DNA of 63,956 bases, filler included, from Reticulomyxa filosa (taxonomy: Eukaryota > Protista > Foraminifera): NCBI GenBank assembly GCA_000512085.1. It is 25 parts of 25 records of this genome, joined end to end, with 100 filler letters (N's around TTAATTAATTAA, not from the genome) between each part and the next. Parts side by side here need not be neighbours in the genome. Positions count along the whole stretch, not along the records: positions 1 to 1,756 come from ASPP01040142.1; positions 1,857 to 4,895 come from ASPP01008193.1; positions 4,996 to 8,337 come from ASPP01025617.1; positions 8,438 to 12,069 come from ASPP01013498.1; 21 more parts are not named here. The stretch is one strand, 5' to 3'. Below are positions 1 to 11,636 of this stretch, in pieces. Position 1 is the first letter of the stretch. Each line of letters opens with the position of its first letter. The notes under the pieces are model-generated. The model searched no databases, was not told the DNA's origin, and was given only the letters and a program-made list of their open reading frames with translations. A program made the position numbers and the translations under genes.

Positions 1-533
1 CAATGTTTGAAGATAAAATTATCCAAATCTCTCAAAGTGAGTGATTCTGTACTTGGATTTTGAGGATCGTAAGTATTAAATACTTGATAACCAAATTTTG
101 TTTGAAATAGAGTTTGTATTAACTGAAGATCTTGTTTTATACTTTTAAAGTATGGACATTGCTCATATTTTATTGCTCCTGCTAGTAATACTAATGCATG
201 TTTTACTTGATATGATAACATTATTTCTTTACATTTGTTTTTTTTTAGTTCTATTATTTGTTGTTAAAATATGTGAATAATTAATTAATTTTTTCGAATA
301 AAATAAAAAAACTAACCTGATTGAAAATGAGAATTTTCAATTGCTTGTTGAAGATGATTATTCTCTTCAATTTGACGTCCATCCATATCGGTTATTGTGA
401 CTAAGATATTCTCTTGCTGGTCGTCTTTATTTATATCCAAAATTTGTTGTTTTAACTCGTCAATTGTCAAAGATATCAGTTTAAATTGATATTCCTTCGC
501 ATCAATTGTCACAAAGACCTCAAAGATGGACAT
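1..533 (-). CDS. PB1/ubiquitin-like N-terminal domain plus caspase-like (peptidase C14 fold) protein, 3'-truncated
   Basis: Exon 533-317, GT-AG intron 316-251, exon 250-1 in frame: HALVLLAGAIKYEQCPYFKSIKQDLQLIQTLFQTKFGYQVF. This resembles the first strand and helix of caspase/metacaspase domains. Catalytic residues would lie beyond the window edge. Confidence 0.6.
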
Positions 534-745
534 TTCAATTGATGTATTTCAATGTGAACGTATAAATTCTTGATCGTATGTTTCCCTTTTTTTTTTTTTT
601 TTATTAATATGGAACGAAAAAAAAAAGTTATTTTGTTGATAAAATCCAGCTGAGAACGCAATGAAATATAGATAATTTTAAAAAAATTTTACAAGCATGA
701 GTATAGTGCATGTTCTAAAAAAAAAATCAATTGATATAGTTTCTA

Positions 746-1756
746 TTATCCCCACAAACGGATTGTGCGATCAGCAGAACATGATACAATTTGATTGCCA
801 TCAGACGAAAAATCTACAGAATATACACAATTAGAATGGCCTTCCAATTTTTCTAATGCACATCCTGAATATGCGTCCCATAAGCGAATTGTTTTATCTT
901 TTGAGCATGACACAATAGTCTGAGAATCTTTTGAATATTTTACATCAGTTATCAAATCAGAATGTCCTTCTAATGTTCTTAGCTCCTTTCCGGATGTTAC
1001 GTCCCATATTCGAAGAGTATTATCAGTACCAACAGAAACAATAGATCGACCATCTGGAGAAAATGTTGCTTTCAAATGGCCATACATGATACGCGCCATT
1101 TCACCTAATTTTACATCCCATAACACAATTGATTGTTCACCCGATGCTGAGATCAGAAATTGACCATCTGGTGAAAATTGTACATCGTTTATCCATCTGT
1201 CGAGCGCATCAATTATTTTTATTGTTTGTCCAGATTGTACATCCCACAATCGAATTGTGCGATCAGGTGAGCCAGACACAAGTGTATTTCCATCTGGAGA
1301 AAATTGCACCGCATGTACATTCCACATGTGTCCAGCCAATACTTTTACAGCTTGTCCCGAATCAACATCCCATAATCGAATCGTTCTATCCCATGAACAA
1401 GACGCTATCATCTTTCCATCTGATGAAAATTGCGCGTCTCTAACATTGGCTACATGTCCTGTCAACACATGAATTACCTTTCCCAATTCTGCGCTCCATA
1501 TTCGAACTGTTGTATCGGCTGATGCTGTAACAAAGGTCGTTCCATCTGCTGCAAAATTCACACTTGTGGAACTGTAAGGGATTACTTTTCGCAGACTAAA
1601 AAATTTCGCCTATTTTCCAATTTTGCAAAATCAGTCATACATAAATACAAACAGTGGCAATACACAACAACAACAGCAACATGCAATTTTTTTAAAAAGT
1701 ACACACTATACGCAACGTATTTTGCGACGATTTTATCGAATTCCTCAATCCATCCT
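746..1756 (-). CDS. WD40-repeat protein (~7 blades) with N-terminal GWIxxFDKIV motif, 5'-truncated
   Basis: Repeats of GH...V..V.FSPDG..I.S.S.D.TIRLWD in ORF 746-1561. Upstream exon 1756-1717 (GWIEEFDKIVAKY) joins in frame via intron 1716-1610. Confidence 0.92.
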
Positions 1757-1856
1757 NNNNNNNNNNNNNNNNNNNNNNNNNNNNNNNNNNNNNNNNNNNN
1801 TTAATTAATTAANNNNNNNNNNNNNNNNNNNNNNNNNNNNNNNNNNNNNNNNNNNN
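1757..1856. other. Artificial contig-joining spacer (N44-TTAATTAATTAA-N44); first of 24
   Basis: Identical 100-nt spacer with stops in all six frames. Others start at 4896, 8338, 12070, 13451, 16601, 18769, 20076, 21183, 23809, 31596, 33211, 35261, 36408, 37530, 40696, 43377, 47428, 49793, 51118, 54003, 55685, 58649 and 60120. Confidence 0.98.
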
Positions 1857-1905
1857 ACCTTTTTTTTTTTTTTTTTTTGTTTGTTTGAAAAAAAAAAAAA
1901 ATAAA

Positions 1906-2484
1906 GGAATTCGGCCAAATTCTCATTATGATGGCGTTGTCTTGAATATTGATATTATGCCGACCCTGGTAGATCTGGCCAAAGGATTTGTCCCTGAACA
2001 TGTAAATGGAAGGTCAATCGTCCCGCTCTTGCTGTCTAAAACGGATATTAATGGTCAATTGAACTCGGTGGATGAAAGGTTTTTGGTTGAGTATTATGGC
2101 ATGGCAGACAACCACAAAACCATAACAACTAGCAATGGGGAACGGGGGAATGCCGGTTTTGAAAGGACTCCTCAAGATGCTTGGAATAATACGTATCAAT
2201 GCATTCGAGAGATTGAACGCTCGAAGGGTGACATCTTAGGCAAAATCTTTTGTCAATTCACTTGTTTTGATAACAAAATGCATAAGGCTGCTTGTATTCG
2301 GGGGACACCAGAATCGAAAGGGGAGTATTATCATTTAGATGTTGATCCATGGCAATTGCAGAATCAATGGCATACTCTCACAAAACAACAAATTTTGAAA
2401 TATCAAAAATTGATTAACATTTTTCTTTCTTGTCGCACAAATAGAGAGTGTAACCTCTATAGATATGGTAGCATTGAAGCATAA
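1906..2484 (+). CDS. GNS: N-acetylglucosamine-6-sulfatase-like sulfatase, C-terminal exon
   Basis: Motifs LNIDIMPTLVDLA, VNGRSIVPLL, FLVEYYG, NNTYQCIR and EYYHLDVDPWQLQN are typical of the GNS/SULF C-terminus. Confidence 0.8.
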   Translation, partial: GIRPNSHYDGVVLNIDIMPTLVDLAKGFVPEHVNGRSIVPLLLSKTDINGQLNSVDERFLVEYYGMADNHKTITTSNGERGNAGFERTPQDAWNNTYQCIREIERSKGDILGKIFCQFTCFDNKMHKAACIRGTPESKGEYYHLDVDPWQLQNQWHTLTKQQILKYQKLINIFLSCRTNRECNLYRYGSIEA

Positions 2485-3428
2485 TCTACTTATTTGTTTA
2501 TTTTAAATTGATACAAGCCGTTTCACAACTTCACTTTTACATTAGTGATTTGACATCTACATCAATCACATTATTAAACAACAAAAAAGATAGTCTCGGG
2601 TGACATCAATGGTGATTGTCTTCAAAGCAATCTCAATAATGCAGATAACAGACAACGAAAATCTAACTCAAAGAAACGATCAACGTGATACACACAAGTT
2701 ATGGCTTAACTATTCACAATATAAAATATTATTTTGGTTGATTGTAGAAATTTATTCTTTTTTTAAGAATTATTTGAATAAAATTTTACATTTCATCTTC
2801 CAATTGCAAAAAAGAATATTCTTTAAGCTGCTCCAATATATAAAAACTGTTTTGGCAGAATGTTTTGTATCAAAGAAAAAATATATCCACTTTCATGATT
2901 GGCAACAAGCAAATAGCCGAAAAAAGAAAATATTTTATGGTAGACTAAATGTTTCAAATTCACAAAAATATATATGTAACAGAAACATACTAAATGAAAT
3001 TCCGACTATCAAAAACGCTCTGCACAAAAGCAAAGCCTTGAATAAAAAAAATGCATTAACTATTAGCTATTGATGTGACAAATTGACAATGATAATACAT
3101 ACCAACGCTACAAATAAAACATAACATTTTTCTTGATGAAGTGTATATCGAAATGTTTCAATGTACGGCACGATAATAACTTTACAAAGCAGTTTTGAGC
3201 GATTGACTGTTTTTTTCTTTACTTTTGTTTGAATTTTAGCAAAAAAAAAATGGAAACCTCTAAATATAAATAATTGCCTTACTTGCACACCAAACAAAAT
3301 TTGTATATTTCTTCAACAATAACTGAATTCGACACAGTTGGAAAACTTTTTTTTATATGCAAGCGCAACAGAAAATTGCTTATGACATTGTCATAGTTTA
3401 ATTTGTCGTTAAGTCAAAAAAAACTTTT

Positions 3429-3463
3429 GGAAATTTCCTGACCTAGAAATTTCTAGACAGAAG
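3429..3463. promoter_or_regulatory. Heat-shock elements (nGAAnnTTCn) upstream of ClpB/Hsp78
   Basis: GGAAATTTCC (3429-3438) and palindromic CTAGAAATTTCTAG (3443-3456) lie 50-75 nt upstream of the ATG of a heat-shock chaperone. Confidence 0.6.
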
Positions 3464-3503
3464 CCAGTTACTAGTAAGAGCTAGAAAGCTGTTATCGATA
3501 ATC

Positions 3504-4217
3504 ATGCGTTCTCGCGCTGTGCGTTTTAATTTAATTCGTGCAGGAGCAATAAGAAGTCTTCATATTTCTTCATTGCAACCAATAATTCGAAACTCATTAG
3601 TATATTCCCAGCGTCTAGGCAAACGATACAATTCAAATGAAAACCGTATCGCCCAGCCTCAAGCCTGGGTAAATCCAGAAAATGTTCCAAGTGGTGAGCA
3701 TTTAAAAAAATATTGCCAAGATTTGACACAACTTGCCAAGGATGGAAAATTGGATCCAGTGATTGGTCGAGACATGGAAGTGAAAAGAACAATTCAAGTA
3801 TTGTCACGACGAACAAAAAACAATCCAGTATTAATAGGCGAGCCAGGAGTCGGTAAAACAGCAATTGCTGAAGGGTTGGCTCAATCGATTGTGAAAGGCG
3901 AAGTCCCAGACAGTATCAAAAACACCCGACTAGTCGCCCTCGATTTAGCGGCATTGATTGCAGGAGCCAAATACCGTGGCGAGTTTGAAGAGCGCCTGAA
4001 AGGGGTCTTGCGCGATGTCGCCGAAAGCCACGGCAAAGTCATTATGTTTTGCGACGAATTGCACATGTTAGTAGGAGCAGGCAAATCAGAAGGTTCCATG
4101 GACGCTGCCAACATGCTGAAGCCTGCACTAGCCCGAGGGGACTTGCGCTTTGTCGGTGCAACCACTTTGAACGAATACAGAAAATATATCGAATCGGACG
4201 GCGCACTGGCCCGAAGG
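3504..4217 (+). CDS. clpB: Mitochondrial ClpB/Hsp78 AAA+ disaggregase, first exon (NBD1); rest missing
   Basis: Arg-rich presequence with no N-domain (Hsp78-like). [25 protein letters not shown] (Walker A), [20 protein letters not shown] (Walker B), [34 protein letters not shown], then a GT donor. Confidence 0.95.
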
Positions 4218-4271
4218 TATTTAAAAAAAAAAAAGGGGGAAAGGAAAAAAAAAAAAAAAAAAAAAAAGTAA

Positions 4272-4895
4272 CAATGGGGTCGGATGAGGGGGTGTGCCGT
4301 TTCTGTGTTCCAATGCATTCATGATTGTATTTTTCAATTGCTTTTCTTTCAACTTTGCATACAAACCCGTCGATGCGTTCATAAGCGATAATTCCGCTTT
4401 CGGTTGTGCGTTGTCCTCTTGCACTGGTATTATTCTACCTTGCACTTCACCGCCCATTCTTCCACCATATACTTCTTGGGCTTTGAACAGACCCCATGCA
4501 TATACACAACATATATATGTAAATTATATATAAACTAAACTTATACAATATATATATATATTGATATAAACATATATGCATATACATACATGCATATAAT
4601 GATGTTCAAAATTAAATCTATATATATATGTATATATTGTACCCAACTTTCGGTCACCGTGATTTTGAAATTGCCCTGGGGGTTAGACAACTTATTCGAA
4701 TGGTGGAAACGATCGTGGATCTTTGTCATTCGCATTGAATTAGGGTACTGTGCGCTCGCATCATCGTTGTCGTTTTGCTCACTGTAATTGTCTTCGCTTT
4801 GGTACGTAGTGCGCGAATTTTTTTGCTTTGCACTATTCTGATCAGTTTTGCTTGACGATGCCAAAGGAAATTGAGTTGAAGCTGCTGTTTCATTC
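4272..4895 (-). CDS. Hypothetical protein, internal exons (~4895-4640 and ~4500-4272)
   Basis: Two GC-richer open segments separated by an (AT)n intron; no recognisable domain. Confidence 0.5.
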
Positions 4896-4995
4896 NNNNN
4901 NNNNNNNNNNNNNNNNNNNNNNNNNNNNNNNNNNNNNNNTTAATTAATTAANNNNNNNNNNNNNNNNNNNNNNNNNNNNNNNNNNNNNNNNNNNN

Positions 4996-6108
4996 ACAAA
5001 TGGTGAATATTCAACAGCAAACACACTACTTGTATGTCCATTGAACACTTGAATTTGTTGGTTAGATCGTATATCCCATAAACGGACACTTTTATCATTT
5101 GATCCAGATAATATTGTATTTGCACAGCCAATATTTCCTAATTCATTTGATCCATATTTTATACTCATTACTCCATCCTCATGTCCTTTGAATACAATAT
5201 ATTGTTTGGTTGTCTCAATATTCCATACACGAATTGTATTATCATATGATCCAGAACAAATTGTGTATCCATTACCACCAATAACACCAATATGATGAAT
5301 TTCATTTTTATTGTTATTACTCTGTAATGGTGAAATATCCACACATCGAACACAACCTTCATGTCCTTTGAGCGCATGCAATGATTTGGATGTTTCAATA
5401 TCCCATAAACAAATAGTTTTGTCTTCAGATCCAGAACACAAATATCTACCACCATTAAATGGTGAAAATTCAATTCCACCAATCCAACCTGTGTGTCCAT
5501 TAAATATTTGTAATTGCTTATTATCTTTGAAATCCCAAAAACGAATGGTTGTGTCAGCTGATGCAGAACAAATAACATTACGACAATAATTATGATAATG
5601 ATACTGTGAAAATTTCACGCAGGATACAGCATTTGAATGTCCATTAAATAATTGAGTTTGTTTGTTGTTCTGTAAATCCCATACACGAACTGTGTTATCA
5701 GATGATCCAGAACAAATGAATTGATCGTTATTCAATATTGAATAATCAATACTATATACAGTATTGGTATGTCCAGCAAATGTATTGATTAATTTGGATG
5801 ATGAAAGAAATGCACCAAATATGAAGACCGTACTTGCCTATGTTAAAATTATAAGTATGGATATATATTTGTGATTGAATTAAAATAAAAAACATAACAT
5901 AGTTGACAACAATTTTGTCAAAATCATGAATCCATCCGAGTTTAATGTGTAATATCCGAACCCAATGTTGAATAATGACTTGAATCTCTTCTCTTAACTG
6001 AAATAAATATGATAAGTACAATAAAAAAACTAAAAACAATTAGATTGAAATGAAGTTTACCAATGCTGGTCGTGTTGAAGGTTGTTTTTCATTAATATGA
6101 GCCGCCAT
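4996..6108 (-). CDS. WD40-repeat protein (Reticulomyxa-type family), 3'-truncated
   Basis: Exons 6108-6061, 5997-5899 (EEIQVIIQHWVRILHIKLGWIHDFDKIVVNY) and 5837-4996 join in frame. Repeats ICSGSxDxTIRxWD / FNGH. Confidence 0.92.
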
Positions 6109-6473
6109 TCGTTATTTTTTCTTTTGAATTAGTTTTAGATGATGGTGAGATGAAAAATGTTTGAACTTTTTTTCTCTCAAGATTAATGAAGGGGTTGTCA
6201 AAAACACTGAGGAAAATATTTGTATGTCAATACAAACTGAAGATATCATTAACTTTTATTTTATTTTCAAAATGATCTCAAAGATATCAAATTTATGAAT
6301 ATAAATAATGTTATTTTGAAATAATTTATAGTGAACACAAATGTTTGAATTTTTTTTCAAGCAACAAAATAAGACTAGTTCTTGCATTCAATCAACTCAA
6401 ACAAGTTTAATATCATTTTTACCTTTCTTTTAATCAAAATTTTCACTGTCATTTCTTTCTGAGCAAAAGTAAA

Positions 6474-7690
6474 TTATCCCCAATGAATAGGACCATTGCC
6501 TGAACCATAATATAACTTCAAATTATATGTTCCATTCTTTGCATCTTTGCTGCTCTTCTCTTTCTTTTTCAATCCAATAAATTTAAAACATGCTATTCCA
6601 TAATCTTCTTTCTCATCTCCTTTATTACATAAAATCCATTCTTATTTGATCGAATATCCCAAAATTAAATTGTATTATCGACAGACCCAGAGCATGTCAC
6701 ATCTGAATTACCACCAACAACTTCATATTTCTTATCCTCTTCGTTTATGACATTAATATTGCTATTATCATCGTTGTTGTATTACTTAATACATTTATTG
6801 GACATACTGAGACTGTATACAGTATTGATTATTTATCATTAGATGATGGACAATTTATTTGTTCTGGATCAATAGATAATACAATTCGTGTATGGGATAT
6901 TGAAAATAATAAACAAATTCAATCATTCAATGGAAATTCAAATGTATATTGTGTAAAATTTTCACGATATCATTATTATAATAATCATCGTAGTGTTATT
7001 TGCTCTTCATTACATAATGAAACTATTCATTTTTGGGATTTCAAAGATAATCAACAATTAAAAACATTAAATAAACATACAGGTTGGATTAGTGGTATTG
7101 AATTTTCATCATTTAATTGTGGTAGATATTTATGTTCTGGATCTGAAGATAAAACAATTCGTTTATGGGATATTGAAACAGATAAATTATTATATTTTTA
7201 ATGGTCATACAAAAAGCATTTGGTGTGTTGATATTTCACCATTACAAAGTAATAACAATAAAAATGAAATTAATAATATTGGTGTGATTGGTGGTAATGG
7301 ATATACAATTTGTTCTGGATCATTTGATAATACAATTTGTATATGGGCTATTGAAACAACAAAACAATTAATTATATATAAGGACATAATAATTGGATTA
7401 AAAGTGTAAAATATGGATCAAATGAATTAATAAATACAATATTATCTGGACCATCTGATAGTATTATTCGTTTATGGGATATTCGATCTGGTGGGCAAAT
7501 TCAAATATTTAATGGACATACATATAATGTAGAAACAGTTGAATATTCACCATTTATAATAAATAATATATGAATTAATGGTAATTCAAATATAATATGT
7601 GATCAAAATCGATATTCAACTGTCTCTATAGCATTTGTATATCTATTAAATATTTAATTATTTTGTTGTTTCAATATCCCAAAAGTATAC
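6474..7690. pseudogene. Rearranged WD40 pseudogene, paralog of the 4996-6108 gene
   Basis: The C-terminal part is on the minus strand at ~6474-6730 (GGNSDVTCSGSVDNTI*FWDIRS...YGSGNGPI). The central part is on the plus strand at ~6790-7600 with frameshifts. A further minus-strand piece lies at ~7615-7690 (WDIETTK*). Confidence 0.85.
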
Positions 7691-8501
7691 CTTTGCAATA
7701 AAAATTCATCATAGATTGCTTATTCATTATATTTTCCCATACAAATGTCTATTTTAAAAAATAATTGTAATTAGGTAATTTAAATAGATGTGGCTTTACC
7801 TACTTTGTTCAATTATCATTTGGCATTAAAAATTCTTGAAGCAGTTGCTTTAGTTCCATGGTTGTCAGTTGTGGCTAAAGTGATTTTCTCTGAGTTCACG
7901 ATTGGGTGTGAGCAATAATTGTTGGTCACAAAAAGACTTTTTTTTAATATTCCAAAATAGTCATATTTCTCAATTGAAAGCCTATACAAAGGCTTTCGTT
8001 TTGAAAACAAGAGACAAAACACAGTAAAGGTTTTGATAGAAATGAAAGATGAACCTTTGTATGAACAAAATTAAAGAGGCACGCTCAAATTAATCTTAGC
8101 TGTAAACGTTTCAGAAATAGCATAAACAAAAGCGAATACTAGCACTCTGACAAGAAGACTTGACACAAAAAAAAAAAAAGTGAAGGAGATTTTTCTTTGT
8201 AATAGCAAAGTGAATTAATATCATTGATAACAATAAAGTATTACACTACCAAAGTGAATGTGCTCTATAATGGGATATATACAAAAGAGGGGGGCCTCTG
8301 TTTAATGTTGTCCATGTATTTGCGATCATGGATACGTNNNNNNNNNNNNNNNNNNNNNNNNNNNNNNNNNNNNNNNNNNNNTTAATTAATTAANNNNNNN
8401 NNNNNNNNNNNNNNNNNNNNNNNNNNNNNNNNNNNNNTAATAATAATAATAATAATAACAATAACAATAATAATAATAATATTGATAATCATAATGGTGA
8501 A

Positions 8502-9479
8502 TTGGTGGGCTGCTATAATAACGGCCACGATCTCAACACTCTGCAGCCTGGTGGTAACGAGGAAAACAATAAAAATTGGAGTGTGTCGCACACCACTCCG
8601 ATTTTATTGCTGCCTTCCAATGCCACCTATGATTTAACTGCGCGAAATGTGGAGTCTGGGCTTTATCTGCCATTGGATGAACAAATGCGATTTCGCGTGA
8701 TGGATAATGTGATGATCAAAGAAAATGCAACTTCAACTTCAATTTCCAATCCAAATGCTAATGCTAATAGTAATGCCAATGTGAACACAAAACCAATGAT
8801 AGTCGAGTTCCCGGCAATTTGGGAGCGTGGGTATGGAAGCAACAACACGGCGATATTGATAATGAGCAAAAGTGTGCTTAAAAATATAAATACCATGTAC
8901 CGCGATTTGGGTAGGAAAGAGCGCGAAATGAGCGTGAGACAGACGTTTTGGATTATGCACTGTGACATGAAACTGTTGCAAAAGGGCTGGCGCTTGGACG
9001 GAATGGATTATTGTTGCTATCCTTTCATTCGTATCATGGTCGACTTGGTGCATGACCAGATACTGCATGTTGCACCCATTTATTTGAAAGGAAAAGCCAC
9101 GAAAGAAGGTAAAGATCAAAAGACTTACTTGTCCAGTACCTTGTGGGTCACGGGCAAGGAATCGCGCTTAAACAAGTCCAAAGATAAGGAAAAGTATATT
9201 GGCGACATTGTCGAATTTCGATATGAATTTGTAAAGACCAAGAAAAAGTTTAACTATAAATTAAAAAAAAAATGTTTTTTTTTGGGGGGTATTGTTGTTG
9301 TTATTCCATGGTTTTTTTTTTGCTGTTTGTCTCACAGATATTTGGCCAGGGACTATTGTCCGACAAATACCGATATTACTTACTGCTTGTGTGTCTCTGC
9401 ATTCACAAGCGAGAGCAAAAAATCTTCAAAAGACACTCGTGAGCTGGAATTCCAAGCGTGGAATATCCACACTTCGTAA
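8502..9479 (+). CDS. Hypothetical protein, 5'-truncated, probable intron ~9231-9338
   Basis: Long ORF with coding-like composition; an in-frame A/T-rich GT...AG segment is read through by the ORF track. No domain recognised. Confidence 0.65.
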   Translation: MVGCYNNGHDLNTLQPGGNEENNKNWSVSHTTPILLLPSNATYDLTARNVESGLYLPLDEQMRFRVMDNVMIKENATSTSISNPNANANSNANVNTKPMIVEFPAIWERGYGSNNTAILIMSKSVLKNINTMYRDLGRKEREMSVRQTFWIMHCDMKLLQKGWRLDGMDYCCYPFIRIMVDLVHDQILHVAPIYLKGKATKEGKDQKTYLSSTLWVTGKESRLNKSKDKEKYIGDIVEFRYEFVKTKKKFNYKLKKKCFFLGGIVVVIPWFFFCCLSHRYLARDYCPTNTDITYCLCVSAFTSESKKSSKDTRELEFQAWNIHTS

Positions 9480-9856
9480 TTATACGGTTTATTTCACAAA
9501 AGTGTTTTTGTTGCTTTTTTTTTTTTTTGCAATTCACCATATTTTATATACGGACCAAATGTAAAAAAAAAAATCACTATCTTTTGTCTTCTTTTTTAAA
9601 CGACCCTTGAAAACAACGGAATGAATGACTTTGAAGCAAAAACATTAAATGTTTACTTAAAAACGAAACTAATAACAATTCCAAACAATAAAAATATTTT
9701 GCAACTAATGTTGCACGAAACTGATCGATTGAATAATTTTTTTTAAAACAACGCTAAATCTAATTCATCTCCAGACCACATATCTAAACGGAAAAAAGCC
9801 TCAAATTAAATAAGAGATCAGAATAATGAAATGAAAAGTGACATTTGTCTCAAAGA

Positions 9857-11636
9857 TCAAAGCAGTTTCTCGGCTTCAACTCTTTCCCACATACCCTCTT
9901 CTTTCTTTTCTAACATGATCAGTAAGTTGTATTCATTTGCATTGAAATAAGATTGTTCAGGAATGATTTCTTTGTGGAGATACAATTCTTTTTCAAAGAT
10001 GTAATATTCCGTTTCAAAATGAATGAAAACATGTGTGGAATCAACAAAGCGAACACTCATTGTAGTTTGATCAATATTGCAAACATTGTATTTAACAACC
10101 ATTTTGGACAACTTTTCACGAAATTCATAGACACAAGAATTGATAATGGGTTTATTGGAAGAAGATTTGGGAGGCGTTGCCAAAGACATATTTTGAAAAC
10201 TTGTTTCTAAATTGTGAACATCGTCTTTATTGGAATCGGTATTGACATTGGTACCAGATACCGTTAAAATGACTTTCAATTCATGTTTGGATTTGATCCA
10301 CTGGATTTTCATGCTTTTTTTGTTGGAGATCTTATCGTTTGCGTGGGAGATAACAAACGGGTAATTGGGCAGCTCAATCGTAATATCATTATACATTGTA
10401 CTGCTTTTATGTTGAAAGTTGATACTTAACAACAATGTTTTGCATTTGTCGGCATGATTGACCGTCGTTTTATCCAGTAAGTTGCATTTGATATCAGTGG
10501 AGAAGTTGTCATCAACCCGCGGCAGCTCAACGTAAACGAAGACATACTTTGGATAGCACCGACTTTTCTTGGCCAACTCAAGTTTCGGGTCGTTCCAGCA
10601 ACGTTCCAACCGAGTTTCGTCCATGCTTTCAACGATCCAATGTTTGGGTGTTTCTTTTGTCATCACTTCATTTTGCTTGGATTCTTTGACTTGGGTTTTA
10701 TCTTTAGTTTTTGTTACTCTTTTGTTCTCTTTATCTTTGTCTTTATTTTTATCTTTATCGTTGTCGTTTTCATTGCCAGTGACGACCACGCTCATAAGTG
10801 CAGGTTCGCTTCCTTTGCATGTAACGTTTTTCAACACTTTAAACCGACACTTATCCAAAGCATAGCCTTTATGACTTTCGACAGCTTCGATTGCGGTTTG
10901 GATGACCACGTCTTTAAACAACGTATCCATCGTCGAGGTTGCAATCGTATTACCGGAAAACGCGATATCGAAGATCTCTTCATACCGCGTTTCTGAAACG
11001 TTCTCGTTATCGGATATCGGGTTGCTTGTCAGATTTGATGAGTCAGCCAAAGGTTCCTCGTTTTTCCTCTTGTTTGAACTCGTTTGCTCTTTGTTTTCGT
11101 AGCGCACATGGCCGAGCACGTATGGAATTTGCCAACATAAACCACTGTGCACTTTGTCCCCTGTGCAGTTGCTCGGCCTTTCTTTTTTCACTTGACTCAA
11201 CGTTGCATCACCTACCAATTTACCTTGACAGATGTTTATATATACCTAGTTTATTTGTTATTTAATCTTCACATTTCGATGGTCAACCAATCAATCAACG
11301 TACAAAGTTGAACACACTTACTTGATTGGGTGAGGCTTCGTCGCTGTTGGTCTGACTGAACTTCGCGACTTTAACACAAAACACTGGTATTGGCTTCATC
11401 AACTTACGATTCTTTGGCTGTTGATTTTCGGTCTCGACTTGTTTTAGATATTCTTCATACGCTAACTTGTGCTGAGGATCTGAAATCTCTTTCACATACT
11501 CGGCGAGCATGTCTCGAAACTCTCGGTCTTTGAAACATTGTTCAAGTCTTTCTAGCTCTTCTTTTGATATATCAACCACTTTGTCGCTTGCGTCCATCAC
11601 TGATATCTGAGCGATGTTGCTCTTCTCAAATTCCAA
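9857..11636 (-). CDS. DNAAF2: Kintoun/PF13 axonemal dynein assembly factor (PIH1 + CS-like domains)
   Basis: EELERLEQCFKDREFRDMLAEYVKEISDP...YEEYLKQVE and KPIPVFCVK. Intron 11321-11246 restores VYINICQ. Also CWQIPYVLG, FDIAF and TAIEAVE. Confidence 0.9.

Noticed and set aside
2600-3297. ORFs 2600-3073 and 3067-3297
   Set aside because: AT-rich intergenic sequence giving F/I/K/N-rich spurious translations with no motifs.
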